From assembly GCF_009914755.1 (NCBI RefSeq), contig NC_060928.1: a DNA stretch of 64,000 nucleotides; one strand, 5' to 3'. Each line of letters starts with the position of its first letter. The first letter of the stretch is position 1. Below the pieces are notes generated by a model. That model had not been told where the DNA came from and did not search any database. It saw nothing but the letters and a program-made list of their open reading frames with translations. Both the position numbers and the translations under genes were made by a program. This DNA comes from the human T2T-CHM13v2.0 reference genome, Homo sapiens. This document shows positions 47,830 through 61,430 of the stretch, in pieces.

Positions 47830-49600
47830 TTGATTTTTTAAATTGACATTTTCATAGTTGATATATGCAAAAGAACACATGCAATATACATATAAACTAT
47901 GAAGCAAGTTAACAAAACAAAACAATTCCTAACCACTTCGCCAGCCCTGAACTGGACACTGCTGAAGCTTACTGAGGGCTCCTCCTAAGCTTAATCTCCT
48001 GCCTTCCACACAGAGGTAAACAGTATCCTGAATTGGTGTTTATCATTTCCTTACTTTAAAGGTAATGCAACCCTAGCCAATATTGTTCATTATTTTTGCC
48101 TTTAAATATTTCAGAGATGATATTATATAGTACCTGGTCTTGCATATCTTGTGTTTTTTCCTACATTCTCTTTCTTAGACTTGTCCAAGTGGTTGAATGT
48201 TCATTTATTTTCACTGCTGCATAATATTAGAGTGTGTGAATGTAACATAACTTATTTATCCTTCTCTGATTGATGGGTATTTGGATTGTTCCTAGTTTTT
48301 GCTCATCTTCCACTGTGAAATATCTTTTGCCAAACAGACATTCTTAATTGTAATGTAATCAATTTTACCCCCTTTTATGTTATGATTACTACTTTCTACG
48401 TCTTGTTTAAGAAGTAATTTATAACTTTGAGGTAATGAAAAAAAATTCTCTCATGCCGGTGGCCCTTTTAGGGTCCTGTAGAATCCTCTGAATAACCGGC
48501 CCTGAAAGCTGACAAGAAGCTTTGTTACAGGACCCTTGATGATGGCCAATTTTCTCTTAGGGAAAGGAACATGTCTACATGAAGAGAAGTTTGCAGACAG
48601 GCATTTAGAAGGAGCAAGACTTGGTCATGAATATAGTCTCTTATAATTTCTCTCAAAAATTTTAAAGTTTTATTGTTGACATTTGAGTCTTCAAGCTATC
48701 TGAAATTGATTTTTTGTGTGTATGGTGTGAGATTGAGATCCAATATTATTTTCTTCTAATAGCCAATTTTCTTGGGAAAATTTAATGAAATAGTTTATCT
48801 TTTCCACAATAAACTATACTGCTGCCTCTGTTGTTCATTTACCTGTGGATCTCTTTCTGATCTTCTGTTCTTTTGGTCCATGTATCTGTTATTGTGCCAT
48901 AAGCACACGGTCTTAATTATCACTTTTTATAATAGATGGCAGGTGAAATTTTCCTATATTCTTCTTGACCATTCTTGTGTCTCTGTATTTTCATAGGAAT
49001 TTTAGAATCAGTTTGTTAAGTTCATTAAAAAACAGTGTTGGAATTTTTATTAGAATTGCATTGCCCCAAAATTGCATTGTTAACTCTGCATAGTCAATTC
49101 TTGGAATTTAGTCATTTTATCTTAGTTTCAAATTTATTGAGACACACAATTTTTATCATACTCTTGTTATCTTTTAAATTTCTACCGTGTCTGTGGTAAA
49201 TCCCCCTTTTCATTTCTAATGCTGTTTTTCTATTTTTATCAATCATCTCATTGAAATCTGTCTATTTTAATAGTCTTTTCAAATGATCCAGTTTTGAAAA
49301 ACTTTCTATGTTGAAATAAGCAAAGACTTTCAAAAATATTGCAATAATAACACAGGGAATATTTGCTTTGTTATTTTTGCTCCCTCCCCCACCATGCACT
49401 ACATAGACACACATGATTCATTTTTTCTGAACCATGTGAAGAAAGGTGGCATGTATCATACCCTTTTAATTCTTAACATATCAGTGTGACTTTCCTAGGA
49501 ACAAGGGTATCCTTATATGACCACAGTGTGCTTACAGTTATTCAATTCAAGAAATCAAATATAATACTTTGGTTTACATCTATAGTCACATTCTATCTGT
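47830..49600 (-). mobile_element. Ancient L1ME/L1MC fragments
   Basis: T-rich antisense L1 motifs (gattgatgggtatttggattgttcctag; ttttagaatcagtttgttaagttc). Confidence 0.6.
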
Positions 49601-49942
49601 AGAACTTTTATATTTGACTATTATATTTTTATTTGTTATTCTGTACTTTTTCAAAACTGGTGATTGTTGAGTATTCACTTTTTAAAATGGCTTTATAGAG
49701 GTATAATTTATATACTATAAAATTAACCCATTGAGAGTGTGAAGTTTGATGATTTTGGGGAAATGGATACTGTTATGCAACCATCACCACAATCAAGTTT
49801 TGGAATATTTCCATCAGCTCAAAGTTCCCTCATGCTCATCTGGAGTCAATCTCCACTTTCACCCCTAGCTCCCACAGTGACACCCACTATTCTAACTTGT
49901 CATTATAGTTTTTTCTTTTCTAGAAATTTCTTAAAAGCAGAA

Positions 49943-50296
49943 TGTATTAGTCTGTTCTCATGCTGCTAATAAGGACATACCTGAGACAGGGTAATTTATA
50001 AAGAAAAGAGGTTTAATTGACTCACAGTTCCACACGGCTGGGGAGGCCTCACAATCATGGAGGAAGGTGAATGAGGAGCAAAGTCATGTCTTACGTGGTG
50101 TCAGGCAAGAGAGCTTGTGTAGGGGAACTCCATTTATAAAACCATCAGATCTTGTGAGACTTATTTACTACCGTAAGAACAGTTTGGGGCAAATGCTCCT
50201 ACGATTCAATTATCTCTACCTGGCCCTGCCCTTGACACTTGGGGATCATTACAATTCAAGGTGAGATTTGGGTGGGGACACAGCCAAACCATATCA
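49943..50296 (-). mobile_element. THE1B/C solo LTR
   Basis: TGtattagtctgttctcatgctgct...ggggacacagccaaaccatatCA, 354 bp; perfect TSD cagaa at 49938-49942 and 50297-50301. Confidence 0.93.
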
Positions 50297-50400
50297 CAGA
50301 ATCATATAATGTGCAATCTTTTGTATCTGGCTTCTTTGTTGTAGTATAATGTTTGTGAGGTTCATCTATGTTGTTGCATGCATCAGGAGTTTGTTCCTTT

Positions 50401-53400
50401 AAAAAAATTTTTATTTTTAATTTTTGGGTGTACATAATAGGTATATATATTTATGGAGTACATGAGATATTTTGGTACAGGGATGCAATGCATAATAATC
50501 ATGTCATGGACAATTGGCTAACTATTCTGTCAAGCATTTATCCTTTGTGTTACAAACAATCCAGTTATATCTTTTAGTTATTTTAAAATGTACAACTAAA
50601 TTATTATTGATTTATAGTCCCCCTGTTGTGCTATAAAATACTAGGTTTTGTTCAATTCTTTGTAACTGTATATATATATATACAAGCTGTCTTGTGTGTG
50701 TGTGTGTATTGTGTGTATTATACACAATGGAGTACTATTCAGCCATAAAAAAGAATGAGATTCTGTCATTTGCAACATGAGTGGGACTGGAGGTCATTAT
50801 GTTAAGTGAAATAAGCCAGGCACAGAAAGACAAACATCAAGTGTTCTCACTTGTTTGTGGGACTCTCAAAACCAAAACAATTAAACTCATGGATAGAGAG
50901 AATAGAAGAATAGTTACCAGAGGCTAGGAAGGGTAATGGGTGGGATGGGGGGACAGTTAAAGGGTTAAGACTTGTTTTGTGACCTTACATATGGTCTGTC
51001 CATAAGAATCATCCATGTGCTGAGGAGAAAAGTATGTGTTCTATGGCCATTAGATTAAAATGTTCTGTAAATATCTATTAGGTTTATTTGTTCTACAGTG
51101 CAGATTAAATCTGATGTTTCTTTGTTTATTTTCTATCTGGGAGATCTGTCCAATGCTGAAAGTGAGGTCTTAAAGTCTCCAGCTATTATTGTATTGGGGT
51201 CTATCTCTCTTTTAGCTCTCATAATATTTGCTTTATATATCTGGTGCTCTGGTGTTGGATGCATTGATGTTTATAATAATTATATCCTCTTGCTGAATTG
51301 ACCATTTTATCATGATATAACGACCTTCTTTTTCTCTTCTTACAGTTCTTGTCTTGAAGTATATTTTGTCTAACATAAGTATAGTTAATCCTGCTCTTTT
51401 TTGGTTTCCATTGATATGGAATATCTTTTTTATCCATTTATTTTTAGTCTATGTGTATCTTTATAGGTGAAGTGTGTTTCTTGTAGGCAACAGATCACTG
51501 AGCCTGAGTCTTGTTTTTTCATCCGTTCAGCCACTCTATATCTTTTGATTGGAAATCTTAGTCCATTTACATTCAATGTTATTATTGATAAGTGGGGACT
51601 TACTCCTGCTGTTTTGTTATTTGTTTTCTGGTTATTTTGTGGTCTTCTCTTCCTTCCTGTCTTCCTTTTAGTAAAGTTGATTTTCTCTGGTAGTATGCTT
51701 TAATTTCTTGCTTTTTATTTTTTGTATATTTATCATATGTTTTTTGATTTGAGATTACCATGAAGCTTGCAAGTACTATCTTATAATGCATCATTTTAAA
51801 CTGATGAAAGCTTACCACTGAATGCATAAACAAACATGCAAAAAGAAACTTAATAAGAACTGTACACTTTAACTTTGTCCCCCAACATTTTAACTTTTTA
51901 TTGTCTCTCTTTATGTCTTATTGTACTATGTCTTGAAAAGTTATTGTAGTTATAATTTATTTTTTCTACTTAAGTAAAGAGTGGTTTACACACCACCATT
52001 ACAGTGTTATAGTATTCTGTATTTTTCTGTGTGCTATTACTACTATTTTTGTACCTTCAGATAATTTCTTGTTGTCCATGAACATTATTTTCTTTCTTTC
52101 AGATTGAAGAACTCTTCTTTAGCATTTTTTGTAGGATGGAAATCTGATCTGGTGTTGATGAAATCCCCCAGGTTTTGTTTGTCTGGGACAGTCTGTATTT
52201 TTACTTCAGGCTTAATAGATATTTTCATGGGATATAACATTCTAGGGTAAAAGCTTTTTTTTCTTCAGCACTTTAAATATGTCATGCCATTCTCTCCCAG
52301 CCTGTAGGATTCCACTGAAAAGTCTGCTGCCAGACATATTGAAGCTCCACTGTATATTATTATTAATTTCTTTTCCCTTGGTGCTTTTAGGACTTTTCTT
52401 TATCCTTGACCTTTGGGAGTTTGATTATTAAGTTCCTGGGGGTAGTCTTTTTTGGGTTAAATCTGCTTAGTGTTCTATAAACTTCTTGAAATTGAATGTT
52501 GATATCTTTCTCTAGGTGTGGAAAGTTCTCTGATATTATCCCTTTGAATAAACTTTCTACCCCTATCTCTTTCTATACCTCTTCTTTAAGGCCAATAATT
52601 CTTAGATTTGCCCTTTTGAGACTCTTTTCCAGATCTTGTAGGTGTGTGTTATTGTTTTTTATTCTTTTTTCTTTTGTCACCTCTGACTGTGTATTTTCAA
52701 ATAACCCGTCTTTAAGCTTGCTAATTCTTTTTTTCTGCTTGATCAATTCTGCTATTAAGATACTCTGATGCATTCCTCAGCATGTCAATTGCATTTTTAA
52801 ATTCTAGAATTTCTGCTTGATTCCTTTTAACTATTTCAATCTCCTTATTACATTTATCTAATAGAATTCTGAATTCCTTCTCTGTATTATCTTGAATTTC
52901 TTTGAGTTTCCTCAAAACAGCTACTTTGAATTCTCTGTCTGAAATGTCATATGTCTCTTTTTCTCCAGGATTGGTCTCTGGTGACTTACTCAGTTCATTT
53001 AGTGAAGTCATGTTTCCTTGGATGGTGTTGATGCTTGTAGATGTTCATTGGTGTCTGGGCATTGAAGAGTTAGGTATTGTAGTCTTCACAGTCTAGGCTT
53101 GTTTGTGTCTGTCCTTCTTGGGAAGGCTTTCCAGGTATTCAAAGGGACTTGGGCCCCAAACCCAATAATGCTATGGTTTTTAGACTCATAGAGATACCAC
53201 TTCAGTGGTCTGGAATAGGATCTGGAAGAATTCTCTGTATCACCAGGCAGAGACTCTTGTTCTTTTCCCATATTTTCTCTCAAACATTCTTTATCTCTGT
53301 GCTGTACCACCTGGAATGGGAGGTGTTGTGATGCAAGCATCACTATGGCCACCACCATTGGGACTGCACTGGGTGAGACCTGAAGCCAGTGCAGCACTGG

Positions 53401-54980
53401 GCCTTACCCAGGGCTCTTCCCTTCAGTGCCCTCAGTTTCTGGGTGTGTCCAGAGATGCTATCTGGGAGCCAGGGATTGTAGTCAAAAACCTTAACAATTT
53501 ATCTGATACTCTATTCTACTGCAGCTAAGTTGGCAATCAAACCACAATACAAAATCTTTCCCACTTTTTGTCTCCCCTTTCCACAGGCAGAGGAGCTTCT
53601 TCTTGTGGCCACCATCACCACTAGTCTACAGGGGTTCTGCCAGGCCACTGCTGATGCTCAGTTAGTGCCCAAGGGCTCTTCTGTCAGCTTGTGGTAAGGA
53701 CTAGAACTCACCTTTCAAGGCAGTGGGTGTCCCTCTGGCCCAGGGCAGGTCCAGAAATGCTGCCCAAAAGCCCAGGTCTGGACTCAGGGACCTCACGAGC
53801 CTGCTTGTTGCTCTACCCCACTGTGGCCAAGCTGGTACCTAGGGTACAAGACAAAGTCCCTTTTACCTTTCCCTCTGCTTTTCTCAAACAGGAGTCTTTC
53901 ACTGTAGCCACCACAGCTGGAAATGTGCTGGGTCACCTGTGAAGCCAGCACATCTCAGAACCCAAAGCCTACAGCATGCTGTCAGGGTATCACTGCTGAT
54001 TATTCAAGGCACCAAGATCTCTTTACTCAGCAGGAGATGAATACTCCCAGGACTGGGTCCTTCCCTTTAAGGCAGCAGGTTCCACTGTGGCCCAGAGTGT
54101 GTCTAGAAATGTCATCCAGGAATTAAGACCTGGAATGGGGGGCCTCGTGACTCTGCCTGGTGCCCTATTCTGTTGTGGCTGCTCTGTTATTCAAGATGCA
54201 AGACAAAATCTTTACTCTTCACTTTTTTCTCCTTAAGCATAAGGAAGGAGTCACTTTCACTGTTAAGCTGTACTGCCTGGGGTTAGGGGAGGGGTGGTGC
54301 AAGCACTCCCTTAGATGCACCAGGCTGGCATTTCCCTAGGTCATGTGCCACCCGAGTTCACTGGCTCTAAGCCCAGCCTAGCACTAGGCATTGCCTAGGA
54401 ATTACAGTCCTTGTGTCCTAGACTCTCTTCCCTAGGACTCCAGAGCACTTTAGCCTGTGGTGGCAAGGCTTACCTAGGACTCCAGAGCACTTTAGCCTGT
54501 GGTGGCAAGGCTTACCTAGGACTCCAGAGCACTTTAGCGTGTGGTGGCAAGGCTTGTGGAGAAACTCAAGTTCTGATCCCTGAGATGGGTGATACCCCTC
54601 TAGCTGATCCAAATGCTCCCACCATGCAGGGGCACTGGCTGAGCCCACCACGGCTTTATTCTCTGTGGAGACAGCGCAGTGCTGAGTTCAATGTAAAGTC
54701 CCCAGTCACTGTGCTCTCCCTCCCCAAAGTGCACAGATTCTCTCTTCGCACCACAAGGCCACTGCGGGGGGTATAGGAGAGGGGTGGTGTCAGTGATTCA
54801 GGACTTTTTCTCTTGCCCTCCTCAATGCCTCTTTTGGAGGTAACACAAAGTTAAAACAAGGTATTGTGATTGGTCATCTGAGTTTTTATTCTTTTGACAG
54901 TGCTTTTCGGTGTGTAGACAGTGTTCCTGTTGTGGGGGGATGAAGGGTGTAGGCTTTTATTCTACCATCTTGCTCTACAT
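50401..54980 (-). mobile_element. L1MA2/3-like element with both termini, internal inversion and ORF2 deletion
   Basis: 3'UTR 50401-50668; + strand piece 50720-50966; EN, ORF1 (REFKVAVLRKLKEIQ) and long 5'UTR ending ttctaccatcttgctc. Confidence 0.8.
54431..54555. repeat. 42-bp unit tandem triplication in the L1MA 5'UTR
   Basis: cctaggactccagagcactttagc(c/g)tgtggtggcaaggctta x3, one internal mismatch. Confidence 0.95.
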
Positions 54981-56333
54981 TCTGTTACCTTTCATAGCTG
55001 AATAATAGTCCATTGTTTGGATACACTACACTTCGCTTATCCATTCACCAGTTGATGGACATTTCGGTTCCTAGTTTTTGATTATTATTAATAATGTTCC
55101 TATGAACATTCACGTACAAGCCTTTGTGTGGGTATATGTTTTTATTTCTCTTTGGCAATATCACAGCTAGGTGTGATATTGCTGGATTATATGGTGAGTT
55201 TATGTTGAACTTTTTAAGGAAACTGCCAAACAATTTTCCAAAGTGGTATTATTTTAACTTCCTATTGGCAATATATAATAGTAGTATGTAAGGGTTTCAT
55301 TCTTTTACATTTTTGTCAACACTTGGCATTGTCAGTCTTTTAATTTTAGCTATTCTAGTGATTGTGCAGTGATATCCTATTGTGGTTTAAATTAGAATTT
55401 CCCTAATAAATAATTATAAACATATTTTCACATTTTTATTCATCATTCCTATATCTTCTTTTATGAAGTGTCTGTTTAAATCTTTTTCACCTTAAAAGTT
55501 GAGTTCTTTGCTTTTTATTATTGAGTAATAAGTGTTCTTTTTATATTATAGATGTGTTTTTATTATATATATTCTTTGCACATATTTTCTCACAGTCTGT
55601 GGCAAGTTTTTTCTTTTTCTTAATAGTTTCTTTTGATCACTAAAACTTTTACGTCTGATGAAGCTCAATTTATCATTTTTTTCTTGTCTACATATGCTTT
55701 TGGTATCATATCTGGGAAATCTTTGCCTTACAAGGGAAAAAATTCTTCTAGAAACTTCTAGAAGTTTCATATTTTAGCTCTTACATGTAGATATGTAATC
55801 CATTTTGAGTTAATTTGTGTGTGTGAGGTTAGAGTCTAAACTTATTTATTTATTTTTTGCATATAAATATCAAACTGTTCCAGTGCCATTTATTGAAGAG
55901 ATTATCCTTTTAACCACTTGACATCCTTGTTGAAAATTAATTCAACATACATATGAGACTTTTTTCTGGACTCTCTCTTCTGTTCTGCTGATCTGTGTGT
56001 TTATACCGATGCCAATACTACACTGTTTTGATAACTTATTTTTTATTCTGTCTTATATATTTAAATATTATACCTTTTATATCTTTAAACAGTTTATATT
56101 AGTTATCTGCTATTACAATATCTGAAGTCCTTATGTGTCCAAGAAAAACGTTTGTTGTTTCTGCTGATTCTCAATCTTGGTGCTTGTTTGCTTGTCTCTT
56201 TAGTGATATTTTTGAGCTCATATTTGGTTGAAATTCATCTGTGGGAATCCTGAAGGTCTATTTGGGAATTCTTTTACCTTAGAAGATTTGTATTTGCTTT
56301 TAGCAGAACCAGGCTGTCAAATCAACCTGAGAC

Positions 56334-56472
56334 CAGGGCTGGGACAAGAGTTAAGCAGGAGAGGTTGTCTAGGTGCAGAATTTAAGGAGGCACTCACTCC
56401 CAAGGTCATGCAAGTATGCCTTCTTAAATTTGCACTTTACTACCTCTCTTGCCTCACCCTAGTTCTGGCCCC
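56334..56472. mobile_element. MER96-like palindromic hAT-Tip100 MITE
   Basis: cagggctgggacaagagtt...aatttaaggaggcac...tgccttcttaaatt...cctcaccctagttctggccc. Confidence 0.75.
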
Positions 56473-57952
56473 ATCAGAGACTACTTTAATTCATTTTGAA
56501 GTTCTTAATTTACTATGGGGTTCAGGTTCATCTTGCCTGTAATGCCAATGGTCCTGAGGCTCAGTCTCCTGGGACTTCTTTAATCCCCTTCTAGGTTTCC
56601 TGGCTTAATGTAGGAGTATCAAGTTCAGTTCTCCTCACATGCAAGGACCCCAAAGCTGTTTTCTGATGTCAGTAGGAATCTACATTCTTGGGCAACTTGG
56701 TTTTCAGATTTTAATATCTCATCATCATTCTTATTCAGCTTTTTGTTCTTTGTTTTAGATTCTCCTTGTTTTATCATAAACCATCAATGCCATAAAGATA
56801 TGTTATTTATCCAGGATTTAATTTTACTATAGTAGGAGAAGCTTCCAAAATATGTAGCCTATGGTATATTTGGAAGAGTGATACTTAATTTCTTTAATGA
56901 CATTTATTTTCATGTTGCATTTGACTAGAAAAATATAGCTTACAATCTTTAAAGCAGAATTTTTGTTTCAGGATGATTAGTAGATGAAAAATGTAGACAA
57001 TAGGCTTAGTAATAAGTAATTGCCAAGATGATTGGTTTGACCTTAAATAGTAGAAAAAATTTTATTTAGACTCCTTCATTGGTTCTGATCAAAATAGTAC
57101 TGCCAAGTGCTTGGTGATTTTCTTCCACGATTGTGATTAAGCCCCTGCTAAGCAGGTGAGCTGACCATGCTCACAGAATGCTGATTTGCTTTCTTAAAGG
57201 ACTCTGCTTACAAGAAAGCCTTCTGCATGTGGTATATGCTCTGAAGCCAAGAAAAATGAAATGTGAAGCTTTGCAAGTTGGAACAGAATTACAATTTCAC
57301 ACTAAACCTCTGGTGAACAAATACTCTCATTATTAAATGTTCTACTTCAGTGATAATAGGAATGAGAAACAGTTGATTTAATTAAAAAACCGAAGCCTTT
57401 TTGTTGAAATATATAAACTTTGTTAGAGAATAACAGGAAGAAGAAAATTAAAATGGTCTTTTATCATTTAAAGGCCAAAAGCAGGATCAATTGGCCTGAG
57501 TTTTAGTTCCATCTAATAACAACATAGGCTTCTTGACCACATTGTTCTTTCCTGTATAAAGAGGCATTGGACCACCAGCTGGGGAGGCTATGTGCCTCCT
57601 GTTTCACAGATGTCATGAAGCAGTGTTCATAGCCAGAGACAGGCCTGGGCTGGAATAAAAGTTCTGCCACTACTAATTAAGTGAACTTGGATTACTTAGC
57701 ATAGCTAGCCTTAGCTTTGACATAAGAAAATTGAGATAATAACTGTACATACTTTATTAGGTTGTTTAAGCACTGGAGGGAAATATTGCATGAAAAGTGC
57801 TAACAGAGTGGTTGATACATAGCAGATGCTGAATAAATATAGTTAATATTTTTGTTGTTCTTCACCTGGTTGAGGGAATTTATGCCAAGCAAGTTATATG
57901 CATGGATCTTTATCCCTTTTGATGTAGTGTTATTGACCTTAAAACTGAATGA

Positions 57953-58282
<330 letters not shown>

Positions 58283-58833
58283 GATACTTCATAAGTTTTT
58301 CAGGAATAGCTGAAATGTGAATATTTCATTACTGATGTCATATTGCAACCACCCTATTGAGAGGTAATTTCCGTAGGTTAATTCTAGTGGACATTTTTCA
58401 CCATTACACTTTAGCTAATCAAGTTATCATAATTCAGAAGGAAAATGTAAACATTTGGTTAGCATTGTTTCCTTATATGTATATAGGCAAATGCTGGTTT
58501 TAAACAACTGAGAAACCAACTCCATTTTAATCATGTTCCTCATCTTGTTATTTAAGTGAAAAATTACCATACATCTCATTATACTGTGCGGATATGTTGA
58601 AGTCCTATTACCAGTGCAATGTGAATGTGGCCTCTTCATTTTCCAGTACCACTCAGTGGCTGGCATAAAGTAACAGGTTTAGCTGAGGCATTTGTGTTCA
58701 TCTCAGACTTTGTAAAGTTTGAAAGAAACATTTAAGAAAAATGTTCTGACAGGAAAAGGGATAGAACAGTGTTTTGATATCTCTGGAACTTGGACAGAGA
58801 GGTTGCTTCTAAAAAGGGTGGGTAAATGCAATA

Positions 58834-58837
<4 letters not shown>

Positions 58838-58864
<27 letters not shown>
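58838..58864. repeat. (TG)n microsatellite
   Basis: About 13 TG units read directly. Confidence 0.95.
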
Positions 58865-59441
58865 AGTGTGTGTATCTTAATATACAATCTTATGAAGCTG
58901 TTCTTGGAATAATCAGCATGAAGCTATCAGGAGACTTTTGTGATTGCCAGGTAATTTACTTCACTTGTGGGCTAGGGCAAATTGCATTAATTGAGTTGAT
59001 CACAGGTAATAGTCTCAAGCATCACTACATCATGTGAATAATTACCTCAGGTACACAATACTATAATTAAGACTCTAGCTCTAAATCATACTTACTCAAT
59101 TCGTTCTTGCCTGCTAAGTGAGACATCTCAAGTGGCTTAAATTTAGCAGCTGACACTGTAGGGTTGTTACTGTAGGGTTAAGGGAAAACATACTGCTGGC
59201 CTGTAGAAAGACTGTATAGTCTTAGCTTTTATAATCTTAAAAGATAGTCAGATCAAGCACTTTAGTGAGTACAGAATGTTGCATTAATGGGAGGAGAAAC
59301 AATGCTGTGAATGAGCGGTCTCTTTAAGCCAAGTCCTAAAAAGCACCAAGAGCTTCCATTTTCACCCCAAATATCTAGTGGATCTTTGACATTTTCACAT
59401 ACTAGCCCTTATGGTTTCTTTCGGTGATAAAAGAGATCCTG

Positions 59442-59779
59442 GGCTGGGTCTGGTGGCTCACGCCTGTAATCCCAGCACTTTGGGAGGCCAAGGGCGGGGG
59501 CAGATCACCTGAGGTCAGGAGTTCGAGACCAGCCTGGCCAACATGGCGAAACCTCACCTCTGCTAAAAATACAAAAATCAGCCGGGTGTGCGGGCACGTG
59601 CCTGTAGTCCCAGCTACCCAGGAGGCAGAGGCCCAGCTACCCAGGATGCCGAGGCAGGAGAGTCACTTGAACCTGGGTGGTGGTGGGGGCACGGAGGTTG
59701 CAGTGAGCCGAGATTGTGCCACTTCATTTCAGCCTAGGCGAAAGAGCAAAACTCCGTCTCAAAAAAAAAAAAAAAAAAA
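59442..59779 (+). mobile_element. AluS with internal 23-bp duplication
   Basis: Dimeric Alu with A tail; cccagctacccagga(g/t)gc(a/c)gagg x2 at 59609-59654. Confidence 0.93.
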
Positions 59780-60100
59780 TTCCTGGCCAGAGAGGTGTGT
59801 TCCCTGATCTTGAGGGTGGGAGTTCTCTAGTCCTCTCTCCACTTCTCTGCCTACAAGTTCCATTCCTCTGCAAACAAGTGGTGGAGTCGACAGTGCCTGG
59901 ATTTCTACTCCGATGGCCTGGCTTTGCTTCTGGGCTCCTTTCCTGACAAGCTAAGTGATGTGCCTTGCTTCCTTTTGTGAAAAAGGGAATTACTAGGATT
60001 ATGAAAAAAAAAAAAAAACAAAGAGATAATTGGGACTAATTTGAGGACAGTATAAAATAATGAATATATAATGTCCTGTACACATAATATTTTAAAATAC

Positions 60101-60225
60101 CAGGGAAGGTGGTGTGAACCCATAGTCCCAGCTACTCAGGAGGCTGAGGTGGAAGGATCACTTGTGCCCAGGAGTTTGAAGCCAGCCTGGGGAACATAGT
60201 GAGACTCCATCTCTAATTTAAAAAT
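60101..60225 (+). mobile_element. FLAM (free left Alu monomer)
   Basis: Single monomer tagtcccagctactcaggaggctgaggtggaaggatcacttg...gccagcctggggaacatagtgagactccatctct. Confidence 0.8.
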
Positions 60226-60639
60226 ACTGTTACTATTTTATCTCTGTCTAATTAATCTACTTTCCTGTCCACCCCGATGCCATTTTTCCCTTCATTTGGC
60301 CCTGCTGCCATAGACCTGCCTCTCTGCTGCATCCCAGGCCCTAGTTGTTCTCTTTGATCTGACTGATTCTCCTCTGACCCCATGCTTACTGGCTGGCCTG
60401 TAGTTTCTTACTCTGCAAAGGTCATTCGACAATTCATATAAGTCTTTTTATGCCCTTATTTATCTCTGGCCTTGCCAAAGTTTGTTACTTTTTTTTTTTC
60501 AGGCCCCAGCTGTTGTAATATCCTCCCAACTGGATCCTAGGTCCTGTCTCCTAGGCGATAATTTTTGGGTGCCTTTTAATGATGTTAACTTCTTTGTTAG
60601 CCTACTGAGAAAAATCACTCTCTCCAAGGGCTTCCCTCT

Positions 60640-60810
60640 AGAACTGTATTTCTTAAACGGACCACCTGTACCAGAATCACCTGGGGACTAACAAAAGTGC
60701 AGACCTCTGTGTCCTACCCAGATTGACTGCATCAGATTCTTCTTAGGGGCTAAAGTCCACCTGTCTTTTGAAAAAACATTTTGGAGATGCTTGGGCACAC
60801 CGAAGAGTTT
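60640..60810. mobile_element. MER5A-like hAT-Charlie element
   Basis: ccagaatcacctgggg...aaaagtgcagacctctgtgtcctacccagattgactgcatcagatt. Confidence 0.65.
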
Positions 60811-61079
60811 TCCTACCAATTCTTCTCTTATCCAGATCCTCAGTGCTTGCCCTCTGTAACAGTAACAGCAATGATAACAATCATTAACAACACACATCAA
60901 TGGCTCACTATATGCCAAGAACTACTCTAAATGCCTTTACATTTATTATTTCATTCTTAAAACAAATGTATGAGGTAAGTATGTATGCTGATTACCATTT
61001 TTTCAGATTAGTAAACTGCAGCAATACTACCAGTAAGTATAAAAACTGGGATTCAGTTTCTGGTTTAATGTCAGATGCT

Positions 61080-61430
<351 letters not shown>

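Larger units (their letters stand above)
49680..56040 (-). mobile_element. L1MB-type host fragment, split by THE1 and L1MA insertions
   Basis: Host sequence breaks at gtttgttccttt (50400) and resumes at ~54983 ...atagctgaataatagtccattgtttgg. Confidence 0.7.

Noticed and set aside
54431-54555. Repeat array resembling CRISPR
   Set aside because: Contiguous tandem units with no unique spacers, inside an L1 5'UTR in eukaryotic DNA; no cas genes
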